A DNA stretch of 64,000 nt from contig DATABY010000046.1 of assembly GCA_036259355.1 (NCBI GenBank), positions 1,290-65,289 on the forward strand. The letters are read 5' to 3'. Position numbers and translations under genes: made by a program. Shown here piece after piece: positions 1 through 8,856 of this stretch. The notes under the pieces are model-generated. The model ran no database searches. It had not been told where the DNA came from and was given only the letters and a program-made list of their open reading frames with translations. Source of the stretch: Nocardioidaceae bacterium (GTDB lineage Bacteria > Actinomycetota > Actinomycetes > Propionibacteriales > Nocardioidaceae). Numbering within the stretch: position 1 is the stretch's first letter; the number at the start of each line of letters is the position of its first letter.

Positions 1-182
1 CCGTGGACGTCGGCGATCACCAGCAACGCCAGCGACACCCCCAGGACGCCGGTGACCACCACGAGGCTGATCGTGCGCTGCACCAACGCGCTGCGGGTGA
101 ACAGCAGCGTCAGCCCGGCAGCCAGCAGCGGCAGCACCACCGGCAATGGGCCGAGCACGCGGACGAGGTCGGCGCCGGTCAT
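1..182 (-). CDS. mrpD: Mrp/Mnh Na+/H+ antiporter subunit D, N-terminal fragment (gene runs off the window start)
   Basis: Reverse-strand ATG at 180-182 overlaps the mrpC stop (ATGA). Translation MTGADLVRVLGPLPVVLPLLAAGLTLLF... is a hydrophobic N-terminus in the canonical mrpA-C-D order. Confidence 0.65.
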   Translation of the reverse strand, partial: MTGADLVRVLGPLPVVLPLLAAGLTLLFTRSALVQRTISLVVVTGVLGVSLALLVIADVH

Positions 183-613
183 CGCCGGCCCCGCTCGGCG
201 AACTCGCTGACCGGCATCTCCTGCTCCTCGGCGCCGGTGTCCTCCTCCTGGCCGGGCACGCCCCGGGCGACCATCTGGTCGGCCACGTCGTCGGCGACCA
301 GGTCGACCCGCTGCAGCCGCCACGACCGGTAGATCATCGCCAGCACGAAGGTGGTGACTCCCAGCGTGATCACGATCGCTGTGAGGATGAGCGCCTGCGG
401 CAACGGGTCCGTGATCTCGGCCGGACGCACGCCCGGGTCGAGGATTGGCGCAGGACCGGGCTCACCGGCCATGTGCAGCAGCACGAGGTTGAGGCCGTTG
501 CCGAGCAGCAGGAAACCGAGCAGAACCCGAGTGAGGCTGCGTTCCATCAGCAGGTAGAGGCCGCAGGAGGTGAGTACCCCGATGCTCAGGAGCAGTGCCA
601 GGTTCGTGGTCAT
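179..613 (-). CDS. mrpC: Mrp/Mnh Na+/H+ antiporter subunit C (NuoK-like)
   Basis: 144-aa ORF with three TM helices (LLLSIGVLTSCGLYLLMERSLTRVLLGFLLLGNGLNL). Start overlaps the mrpA stop (TGATG). Confidence 0.85.
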   Translation of the reverse strand: MTTNLALLLSIGVLTSCGLYLLMERSLTRVLLGFLLLGNGLNLVLLHMAGEPGPAPILDPGVRPAEITDPLPQALILTAIVITLGVTTFVLAMIYRSWRLQRVDLVADDVADQMVARGVPGQEEDTGAEEQEMPVSEFAERGRR

Positions 614-3600
614 CAGCGGTACACGCCCCGCCTCGGAGAGTGGTCGTGGTCGGCCTCAGGGTCGCGGTCTCGATGCGGTTCGGACACCGTGGTGCCCTCC
701 TCTTCCGGGGTCTCGGTGCCTGCTTCACGCTCCCGGTCGACCTCGGCGCCGAGGCTGCGCAGCACGTCGAGCACCATGCCGATGACGACGAGATAGACGC
801 CCACGTCGAAGAACAGCGAGGTGACCAGCTTGACGTGGCCGAAGACCGGCATGTTCCACTCGACGATCGCCGACTCCAGCACCTGGCCGCCGAACACCAG
901 GCCGGCCACGGCGGTGCCGGCGGCGATGACCATGCCGGCACCGAGTACCACGCCGGCATCGATCGGCAGGGCCTCGCCCAGCTCGTACCGGCCGCCGGCC
1001 AGGTAGCGGGTGATCAGCGCCAGCCCGACCACGAGCCCGCCGGCGAACCCGCCGCCGGGGTTGTTGTGCCCGGAGAGGAGCAGGAACAGCGACACGACGA
1101 CGACCGCGTGGAAGATCAGCCGGACGACGACCTCGAGGATGATCGACCGGTTCTCCGGCGCTAGCGTGCGCCCGGCCAGCAGCCAGCTGCTGCTGGTGGA
1201 AGGGGGGTCGTCGTCGCTCGGGTCGCGGTCGTACGTCCGGGGGTCGGCGGCGTGCACCGAGACGCTCTCGCGCACCGGCTCGTACCGGGACTCGCCGTTC
1301 TCTCGGGACGCCAGCTCCATCCGGGGCACGCTGCTCGTGCGGTGCCGGATGAAGATCAGGCTGGCGACGCCGGTCGCGGCGACGACGAGTACTGAGATCT
1401 CGCCGAGCGTGTCCCAGGCACGGATGTCGACGAGTGCCACGTTGACAAGGTTCTTGCCGCCGCCGAAGACCTCCGCGGGGTGCGGCCACAAAGCCGACAC
1501 GGGCGCGGTCTCCCGGGCGGCGGACGCCGCCGCCGTGGCGCCCATGACGACCACGCCGACGGCCGCCGCGAGCAGCGCGCGCAGGCGGCGGTGAGACGAC
1601 CCGTGCAGGTGCCCGATGCGGATCGGCAGCCGCCGCAGCACGAGCACGAAGGCCACCAGCGTGATGGTCTCCACCAGGAACTGTGTCAAGGCAAGGTCGG
1701 GCGCGCCGTGCAGGGCGAAGACCAGGCCCACCGAGTAGCCGACGACGCCGACCACCACGACCGCGGTGAACCGCTTCTCCACCCGCGTGACGGCCACCGC
1801 GGCGAACGCGATGACGAGGGTGAGCACGCCCTGCACCGGGCTGTCCCACCAACGCCACTCCTGCATCCAGGCCTGCGTGGCCAGCAGCACGCCGCCGACG
1901 CCGGCGACGGTCACGCTCAGGGCGACGGCGAGGTAGACCGGCAGCGAGCCGACCTGGGTGTGCACGGTGACCCAGACTGCCAGCCGGTCGAGCCGGCGCA
2001 TCCCGCCTCGGTAGACGTGCTCGGCGTCCAGGAGCGCCGGCACCCGAGCCTGGGCTCGCGCGACCGGCTCGCGGGCGAGGAACAGCCCGAGTCCGCCGAG
2101 CAGGGTGACCGCGGACAGCGCCAGCGTGGGCGAAAGCCCGTGCCACAGGGCGAGGTGGTACGTCGGACCGGGGGCTGCCGGGAGTCGGTCGGCGTACGGC
2201 GCGAGCCACGCGTCCACCACGGAGGCGGCGAGCCCGCCGAGCAGGCTCAACGCCGCGAGCAGCACCGCGGGCAGCACGAACGCCACCGGCTCGCGTCGGG
2301 CCCGTGTGTCGGCGACGCCGGGCTTGCTCGCGAAGGCGCCCCACAGAAACCGCGCGGTGTAGGCCACGGTGAGCACGGTGGACCCGACGACGCCGGCGAG
2401 CAGCACGAAGTTGACCGGCGGCGGCTCGTGTTCCAGGGCGGTGAGGACGGCCTCCTTGCCGACGTACCCCAGCATCGGCGGGACGCCGGCCATCGACGCG
2501 GCTGCCAGTGCCGCGGCGACGGCGAGTACGGGCACCGACCGGCCCAACCCGCTCAGCTCGCGCAGGTCACGGGTGCCGGCGCAGTGGTCGACCACGCCGA
2601 CGGTGAGGAACAGCGCGGCCTTGAAGAACGCGTGCGCGACGAGCATGGTCAAGCCCGCCAGCGCGCCGGTGCGGCTGCCGAGGGCGAGCACGAGGACGAG
2701 GAAGCCGAGCTGGCTGACCGTGCCGTAGGCGAGCAGCAGCTTGAGGTCGTGCTGCCGCAGGGCGCGCCAGCCTCCGAGGGCCATGGTGGCCAGCCCGAGC
2801 GTCAGCAGCGCGACCCGCCAGCCGGGAACGTCGGCGAAGCCCGGGGCCAGACGCGCGACGAGGTAGACGCCGGCCTTCACCATGGCGGCGGCGTGCAGGT
2901 AGGCGCTGACCGGGGTCGGCGCGGCCATCGCCGACGGCAGCCAGAAGTGGAACGGCACCAGCGCCGACTTGGTGACCGCTCCGGCGAGCACCAGCACGAG
3001 CGCGGGGACGAGCGTCGCTCCGGTGGGCGGGTTCGCGACGACCTCGGACAGCCGGGTGGTGCCCGCGGCGGTGACCAGCATGACGAGGCCGACGAGCATG
3101 GCCAGGCCGCCGGCGGTGGTCACAACCAGCGCCTGCAGGCCCGCCCGCCGGCTGGTGCTGCGCGTGCTCGTGTGGCCGATCAGCAGATAGGAGAAGATCG
3201 TGGTGGCTTCCCAGAACACGTAGAGCAGCAGCAGGTCATCGGCCACGACCAGGCCGTGCATGGTGCCCGCAAACGCGATGAGGCAGCCGGCGAACCGGCC
3301 GAGGCCGGGCTCGTCGTCGCGGAAGTAGTGCCGGCAGTAGGAGAGGACGAGTGCGCCGATGCCGGCCACGAGCAGCGACATGACCCAGGCCAGCGTGTCG
3401 ACGCGGAACGCCAGCTCGACGTCGAGGCCGGGGATCCACGGCACGGTCTCGACGTACGGCCTGCCGGACCGGACCGAGGGCCCGAGCGTCGCGGTGGCCA
3501 CGAACGCCGCTCCCGGCACCGACGCCAGCACGACGAACGCGCGGCTGCCCCACCGGCGTACCAACCACGGGGCAAGCACCGACGCCATGCCGTAAGCGGC

Positions 3601-3615
3601 AAGCGTCAGCAGCAT
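613..3615 (-). CDS. mrpA: Mrp/Mnh Na+/H+ antiporter subunit A (fused MnhA/MnhB type)
   Basis: 1000-aa polytopic ORF. It has an NuoL/ND5-like core (FHFWLPSAMAAPTPVSAYLHAAAMVKAGVYL) plus an MnhB-like C-terminal membrane domain. Confidence 0.9.
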   Translation of the reverse strand: MLLTLAAYGMASVLAPWLVRRWGSRAFVVLASVPGAAFVATATLGPSVRSGRPYVETVPWIPGLDVELAFRVDTLAWVMSLLVAGIGALVLSYCRHYFRDDEPGLGRFAGCLIAFAGTMHGLVVADDLLLLYVFWEATTIFSYLLIGHTSTRSTSRRAGLQALVVTTAGGLAMLVGLVMLVTAAGTTRLSEVVANPPTGATLVPALVLVLAGAVTKSALVPFHFWLPSAMAAPTPVSAYLHAAAMVKAGVYLVARLAPGFADVPGWRVALLTLGLATMALGGWRALRQHDLKLLLAYGTVSQLGFLVLVLALGSRTGALAGLTMLVAHAFFKAALFLTVGVVDHCAGTRDLRELSGLGRSVPVLAVAAALAAASMAGVPPMLGYVGKEAVLTALEHEPPPVNFVLLAGVVGSTVLTVAYTARFLWGAFASKPGVADTRARREPVAFVLPAVLLAALSLLGGLAASVVDAWLAPYADRLPAAPGPTYHLALWHGLSPTLALSAVTLLGGLGLFLAREPVARAQARVPALLDAEHVYRGGMRRLDRLAVWVTVHTQVGSLPVYLAVALSVTVAGVGGVLLATQAWMQEWRWWDSPVQGVLTLVIAFAAVAVTRVEKRFTAVVVVGVVGYSVGLVFALHGAPDLALTQFLVETITLVAFVLVLRRLPIRIGHLHGSSHRRLRALLAAAVGVVVMGATAAASAARETAPVSALWPHPAEVFGGGKNLVNVALVDIRAWDTLGEISVLVVAATGVASLIFIRHRTSSVPRMELASRENGESRYEPVRESVSVHAADPRTYDRDPSDDDPPSTSSSWLLAGRTLAPENRSIILEVVVRLIFHAVVVVSLFLLLSGHNNPGGGFAGGLVVGLALITRYLAGGRYELGEALPIDAGVVLGAGMVIAAGTAVAGLVFGGQVLESAIVEWNMPVFGHVKLVTSLFFDVGVYLVVIGMVLDVLRSLGAEVDREREAGTETPEEEGTTVSEPHRDRDPEADHDHSPRRGVYR

Positions 3616-3697
3616 GAGGCTCTCTCCCGTCGGAACGGGTCGAGTCTAAGGGGAGGGTCTGGACCGGTTCGGTCCCGCTCATGGCATCGTTCGGCCC

Positions 3698-4750
3698 ATG
3701 ATGCGTGCGCTCACGATCGTGCCTGGGACGTCGGGTTCGCTGTCGGTGCGGGACATGCCGGCGCCCGACCCCGCACCCGACGAGCTGCTCGTGGACGGCC
3801 TCGCGATGGGTGTCTGCGGCACCGACCGCGAGATCGCCGCGGGCGCCTACGGCGCCGCGCCTCCCGGTGACGACCGCCTCATCCTCGGGCACGAGTCCCT
3901 CGGTCGGGTGCGCTCGGCCCCGCAGGGCAGTGGTTTCGCGGCCGGCGACCTGGTCGCCGGCGTCGTACGCCGTCCCGACCCGGTCCCGTGCCCGGCCTGC
4001 GCGCACGGGGAGTTCGACATGTGCCGCAACGGCAGGTACGTCGAACGCGGGATCAAGGCTCTGCACGGCTACGGCAGCGAGCAGTGGGCGGTGCACCCCG
4101 ACTACGCGATCACGGTGGACCCGGCGCTGGGCGACCTCGGTGTACTGCTGGAACCGGCCTCGGTGGTGGCGAAGGCCTGGGAGCAGGTTGAGCGCATCGG
4201 CGCGCGCTCCTACTTCGCTCCGGAGTCCGTGCTGGTCACCGGGGCCGGCCCGATCGGGCTGCTGGCGGCGCTGCTCGGACAGCAGCGTGGGCTCGACGTA
4301 CACGTGCTGGACCGAGTTCGGGAGGGGCCCAAGCCCGAGCTGGTCCGCGACCTCGGTGGCACCTACCACCACGACCTCGACGAGGCGTTCGACAAGGTGC
4401 GGCCGGACGTCGTGATCGAGGCGACTGGCGCGGCCCCGGTCGTGCTCAAGGCCGTCAGCACCACCGACAACTACGGCATCGTCTGTCTCACCGGGGTCTC
4501 CGCGCCGTCCGGGCGCCGCATCGAGGTCGACGCCGGCGCAGTCAACCGCGACATCGTGCTGGAGAACGCCGTGGTGGTCGGCACGGTCAACGCCAACCAG
4601 CGCCACTACAGCGACGGGGCCCGCGGGTTGGCGGCCGCCGACCGGCAGTGGCTGGAGCGGCTGGTCAGCCGCCGCGTGCCGCTGGCGGAGTACGCCGAGG
4701 CGTTCGAGCTGCACGAGGACGACGTCAAGGTCGTGCTCACACTCCCGTAG
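3698..4750 (+). CDS. Zinc-dependent medium-chain dehydrogenase (glucose/threonine/alcohol dehydrogenase family)
   Basis: 350 aa. Contains GVCGTDREI and GHESLG zinc-site motifs, a CPACAHGEFDMC structural-zinc loop and a VTGAGPIGLL Rossmann motif. Confidence 0.8.
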   Translation: MMRALTIVPGTSGSLSVRDMPAPDPAPDELLVDGLAMGVCGTDREIAAGAYGAAPPGDDRLILGHESLGRVRSAPQGSGFAAGDLVAGVVRRPDPVPCPACAHGEFDMCRNGRYVERGIKALHGYGSEQWAVHPDYAITVDPALGDLGVLLEPASVVAKAWEQVERIGARSYFAPESVLVTGAGPIGLLAALLGQQRGLDVHVLDRVREGPKPELVRDLGGTYHHDLDEAFDKVRPDVVIEATGAAPVVLKAVSTTDNYGIVCLTGVSAPSGRRIEVDAGAVNRDIVLENAVVVGTVNANQRHYSDGARGLAAADRQWLERLVSRRVPLAEYAEAFELHEDDVKVVLTLP

Positions 4751-4761
4751 GGTTACCGACT

Positions 4762-5541
4762 GTGGAAATCGTGTACCCGCCGGTGATCGGCGCCGCCAGG
4801 CTCATGTTCCGGGCTCTCGACCTGCGCATCACGGTGAGGGGCGCGGAGCACGTGCCACCCACCGGCGGTGCGGTGCTGGCCAGCAACCACGTCAGCTATC
4901 TCGACTTCATCTTCTGCGGGCTCGCCGGGGTCGAGCGCAAGCGGCTCCCTCGCTTCATGGCCAAGCAGGAGGTCTTCGCCAACCCGGTCGCCGGCCCGCT
5001 CATGCGTGGCATGCACCACATCCCGGTCGACCGGTCGGCGGGGTCGGGGTCGTTCCGTGAGGCGATGAAGGCACTGAAGGCGGGCGAGGTCATCGGGGTG
5101 TTCCCGGAGGCCACGATCAGCCGCTCCTTCACGGTGAAGGAGATCAAGAGCGGCGCGGTGCGCCTGGCGATGGCGACCGGCACCCCGCTGGTGCCGGTCG
5201 CGTTGTGGGGCGGTCAGCGGATCTTGACCAAGGACCTGCCGCGCGACTTCCGCACCCGTGGCCGCGCGCTGACGATCGCGGTGGGCGAGCCGCTGCACCC
5301 CACCCGCGCGGACGACGCGGCGGCCCTCACGGACCAGCTGCGCCAACGGATGCAGGAGCTGCTCGAGCACGCGCAGAAGACCCACCCGGACCAGCCGCGG
5401 ACCGGCGAGGACGCCCCCTGGCACCCACGACACCTCGGCGGGACCGCGCCCACGCCCGAGCAGGCCGCCGAGCTCGACCGCGCCGAGATGGCAGCCCGCG
5501 CCGCCAAGCGTCGCGAGCGCGCGGCCAAGCGCCGCCGCTGA
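4762..5541 (+). CDS. 1-acyl-sn-glycerol-3-phosphate (lysophospholipid) acyltransferase family protein
   Basis: HX4D motif NHVSYLD and the FPEATIS block. GTG at 4762 chosen as start. The ORF-track start at 4648 lies inside the upstream gene. Confidence 0.8.
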   Translation: MEIVYPPVIGAARLMFRALDLRITVRGAEHVPPTGGAVLASNHVSYLDFIFCGLAGVERKRLPRFMAKQEVFANPVAGPLMRGMHHIPVDRSAGSGSFREAMKALKAGEVIGVFPEATISRSFTVKEIKSGAVRLAMATGTPLVPVALWGGQRILTKDLPRDFRTRGRALTIAVGEPLHPTRADDAAALTDQLRQRMQELLEHAQKTHPDQPRTGEDAPWHPRHLGGTAPTPEQAAELDRAEMAARAAKRRERAAKRRR

Positions 5542-5637
5542 GGGTCCCTCGACTCTTTCCGCCGAGAACGCTGAAACACCCACGGGTGCCTGTGCGGTCT
5601 CGGCGCACGGTCGGGCTGCGCGGAGCCTGAGCCTGCG

Positions 5638-6888
5638 TCAGTTTCCGGCGTTGATCATGCCCGCGCCGACGGTCACGCCGGTGGCCTCGTCGATCAGCAC
5701 GAAGGAGCCGGTACGGCGGTTCTTCTCGTACGGGTCGCACAGCAGCGGCACCGTGGTGCGCAGCTGCACGCGGGCGATCTCGTTGAGCCCGAGCTCCTCG
5801 GCGTCGAGGTCACGGTGCAGCGTGTTGACGTCGAGGCGGTACTGCAGGTTCTTGATCATCGCCCGGCCGCTGCGGGTCGTGTGCTTGATCGCCAGCTTCT
5901 GCCGGGGACGCATCGGCTCGGGCGACATCCAGCAGACCATCGCGTCGATGTCCTGGCTGGGCTTGGGGGAGTTCTGCGGGCGGCAGATCATGTCGCCGCG
6001 GGAGACGTCGAGGTCGTCCTCGAGCCGCACTGTCACCGACATCGGCGGGTAGGCCTCGGAGAGCTCCTTGTCGAACAGGTCCACGGCGGCGATCCTCGAC
6101 GTGAAGCCGCTGGGCAGCACGAGCACCTCGTCGCCCGGCTTCAGCACACCACCGGCGATCTGTCCGGCGTAACCGCGGTAGTCGTGGAACTCGTCGGACT
6201 TGGGGCGTACGACGTACTGCACCGGGAACCTGGTGTCGATCATGTCGCGGTCGGAGGCGACATGGACGTGCTCGAGGTGGTGCAGCAGCGACGTGCCTTC
6301 GTACCAGTCCATGTTCTTGGACCGGTCGACGACGTTGTCGCCCTTGAGCGCCGAGATCGGGACGATCGTCAGGTCCGGGATCTGCAGCTTGGTGGCGAAG
6401 GACTGGAACTCCGCCTGGATCTCCTCGAACCGCTCCTGCGAGTACTCGACGAGGTCCATCTTGTTGACCGCGAGCACCAGGTGCGGCACGCGCAGCAGCG
6501 ACAGGATCACCGCGTGCCGGCGCGACTGCTCGGTCAGGCCCTGCCGGGCGTCGACGAGCACCAGGCCGAGGTCGGCGGTGGACGCACCGGTGACCATGTT
6601 GCGCGTGTACTGCACGTGCCCCGGCGTGTCGGCGATGATGAACTTGCGCCGCGGGGTGGCGAAGTAGCGGTAGGCGACGTCGATCGTGATGCCCTGCTCG
6701 CGCTCGGAGCGCAGGCCGTCGGTGAGCAGTGCCAGGTCGGTGTAGTCGTAGCCGCGTGACTTCGACGTCTTCTCGACCGCGGCCATCTGGTCCTCGAAGA
6801 TCGACTTGGAGTCGAGCAGCAGGCGGCCGATGAGCGTGGACTTGCCGTCGTCGACGGAGCCCGCGGTGGCGAACCGAAGCAGATCCAT
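5638..6888 (-). CDS. cysN: Sulfate adenylyltransferase subunit 1 (GTPase)
   Basis: G-motifs GSVDDGKST, DTPGH and NKMD. Start abuts the cysD stop. Confidence 0.9.
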   Translation of the reverse strand: MDLLRFATAGSVDDGKSTLIGRLLLDSKSIFEDQMAAVEKTSKSRGYDYTDLALLTDGLRSEREQGITIDVAYRYFATPRRKFIIADTPGHVQYTRNMVTGASTADLGLVLVDARQGLTEQSRRHAVILSLLRVPHLVLAVNKMDLVEYSQERFEEIQAEFQSFATKLQIPDLTIVPISALKGDNVVDRSKNMDWYEGTSLLHHLEHVHVASDRDMIDTRFPVQYVVRPKSDEFHDYRGYAGQIAGGVLKPGDEVLVLPSGFTSRIAAVDLFDKELSEAYPPMSVTVRLEDDLDVSRGDMICRPQNSPKPSQDIDAMVCWMSPEPMRPRQKLAIKHTTRSGRAMIKNLQYRLDVNTLHRDLDAEELGLNEIARVQLRTTVPLLCDPYEKNRRTGSFVLIDEATGVTVGAGMINAGN

Positions 6889-7800
6889 CTAAAAGTATCC
6901 CTCTCGCTTGCGATCCTCCATCGCGGCTTCACTGAAGCGGTCGTCGCCACGGGTGGCGCCGCGCTCGGTGACCCGCGAGGCCGCGATCTCCTCGATGATG
7001 TCGTCGATCGTGGAGGCGTTGGACTCCACGCACCCGGTGAGGGTCATGTCACCGACCGTGCGGAACCGGACGGTGCGCGTCTCCGGCTTCTCGCTGTCCT
7101 TGACGTTGATGTACTCGGAGTTGCTGAGCAGCAGGCCGTCGCGGTCGACGATCTCGCGCTCGTGCGCGAAGTAGATCGACGGGATCTCGATCTTCTCGCG
7201 GCCGATGTAGTGCCAGATGTCGAGCTCGGTCCAGTTCGACAGCGGGAAGACGCGCATGTGCTCGCCCTCGCGGATCCTGCCGTTGTACAGCGACCACAGC
7301 TCCGGGCGCTGCATCTTCGGGTCCCACTGACCGAACTCGTCGCGGTGGGAGTAGACCCGTTCCTTGGCGCGGGCCTTCTCCTCGTCACGCCGGCCACCGC
7401 CGAAGGCGGCGGTGAAGCCCTCCTCCTCGATCACGTGCAGCAGGGTGCCGATCTGCAGCCGGTTGCGGCTGGTCTTGCCGTCGTCGACCACGACACCGTC
7501 CTTGATCGCCTGCTCGACCGAGGCGACGATCAGGCGTACGCCGAGCCGGTCGACCCAGCGGTCACGCGTCTCGATCACCTCGGGGAAGTCGTAGCCCGTG
7601 TCGACCTGCAGCACCGGGAACGGGATCTTCGCGGGGTAGAACGCCTTCTCCGCCAGGCGCATCATCACGATCGAGTCCTTGCCGCCGGAGAACATCAGCA
7701 CCGGCTTCTCGAACTCCGCCGCAACCTCACGGAAGATGTGGATCGACTCCGCCTCCAGCTCGTCGAGCTGGCTCAGGCGGTAGTCCGCATGTGTGGTCAT
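6889..7800 (-). CDS. cysD: Sulfate adenylyltransferase subunit 2
   Basis: PAPS-reductase/ATP-PPase fold with an SGGKDS P-loop. N-terminus is MTTHADYRLSQLDELEAESIHIFREV. The in-frame upstream extension to 7881 was rejected because it overlaps tauE. Confidence 0.9.
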   Translation of the reverse strand: MTTHADYRLSQLDELEAESIHIFREVAAEFEKPVLMFSGGKDSIVMMRLAEKAFYPAKIPFPVLQVDTGYDFPEVIETRDRWVDRLGVRLIVASVEQAIKDGVVVDDGKTSRNRLQIGTLLHVIEEEGFTAAFGGGRRDEEKARAKERVYSHRDEFGQWDPKMQRPELWSLYNGRIREGEHMRVFPLSNWTELDIWHYIGREKIEIPSIYFAHEREIVDRDGLLLSNSEYINVKDSEKPETRTVRFRTVGDMTLTGCVESNASTIDDIIEEIAASRVTERGATRGDDRFSEAAMEDRKREGYF

Positions 7801-7849
7801 GGCAGTGTCTCCAAGGGGCTTCGTCCTCCTGTCGAAAGCAGCGGCCATC

Positions 7850-8839
7850 CTAGCGATGCTCGCTGGGCGCGGTCTCCTCACGGTCCGGTGGCGTCCGTGA
7901 CGAACCGTTTGCCCCGGGCTGCGTCGTGCCCTGCCCCATCGTCTCGAAAGGCGGCAGACCGTGCAGGCGTCGGACCCCGCCCCAGGCCAGTGGCCCCAGG
8001 ATCAGCAGCGCCGCGCCGATCAGCCCGACATACTCCGGGGGAACACCCAGCAAGGTCAAACCCGTGAGCGTGAGCACGATCACGATGCCGCGCTTGACCA
8101 CGCCCTCCGACACCCAGTGCGCCAGTCGTGACCCGAGGAACGTGCCGGGGATGCCACCGAGCACCAGCGGGATGAGCACCGTCCACTCGACCCCCGTGAC
8201 CAGGACGTGGCTGACCGCCGCCGACAGCACCAGCGGCACCGCCTGAACCAGGTCGGTGCCCACCAGCTTGACGGCCTCCAGGGCGGGGTAGAGCAGCAGC
8301 AGGCACACCATGATCAGCGAGCCCGAGCCCACCGAGGTGATGCCGACCAGCAGGCCGCCGACGGCGCCGATCGCGAGGGTCGGCACCGCCCGGACGACGA
8401 CGTCGCGCCGGCCTCTGCCGCTGCCGGACACCGTGGCACGCAGCTGGAGGTAGTTGCGCAGCGTGTACGTCGACGCGGTCAGCAGGAGCGCCGCCCCGAT
8501 CGCCAGCTTGACGAACTCCTCCGCGTCGCCTTCTCCGCCGCCCACCGCCTGAACGATGAAGGCGCCCGCGAACGCGGTCGGCACCGAGCCGAGCATCAGC
8601 CAGCCGGCCAGCTTGAGGTTCGGCGAGCCGTGCCGCCAGTGCACCCCGGCGCCGACGCTCTTGGTGACGGAGGCGGCGACCAGGTCGTTGGCCACGGCGG
8701 CGGTCGGGTTGATGCCCAGGAAGATCAGCGCGGGCGTCATCAAGGCACCGCCGCCCATGCCGGTGAGACCGACGACGATGCCGACCAGGAACGCGACGAC
8801 GAAGATCGACAGCGCTGCTTGTGTCAGGAGGGCTTCCAC
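7850..8839 (-). CDS. TauE/SafE family anion permease (candidate sulfate/sulfite transporter)
   Basis: 329-aa polytopic membrane protein with GMGGGALMTPALIF and repeated Gly-rich TM segments. It sits between cysC and cysD. Confidence 0.8.
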   Translation of the reverse strand: MEALLTQAALSIFVVAFLVGIVVGLTGMGGGALMTPALIFLGINPTAAVANDLVAASVTKSVGAGVHWRHGSPNLKLAGWLMLGSVPTAFAGAFIVQAVGGGEGDAEEFVKLAIGAALLLTASTYTLRNYLQLRATVSGSGRGRRDVVVRAVPTLAIGAVGGLLVGITSVGSGSLIMVCLLLLYPALEAVKLVGTDLVQAVPLVLSAAVSHVLVTGVEWTVLIPLVLGGIPGTFLGSRLAHWVSEGVVKRGIVIVLTLTGLTLLGVPPEYVGLIGAALLILGPLAWGGVRRLHGLPPFETMGQGTTQPGANGSSRTPPDREETAPSEHR

Positions 8840-8856
8840 CCGGTGAGTCCTCTCCG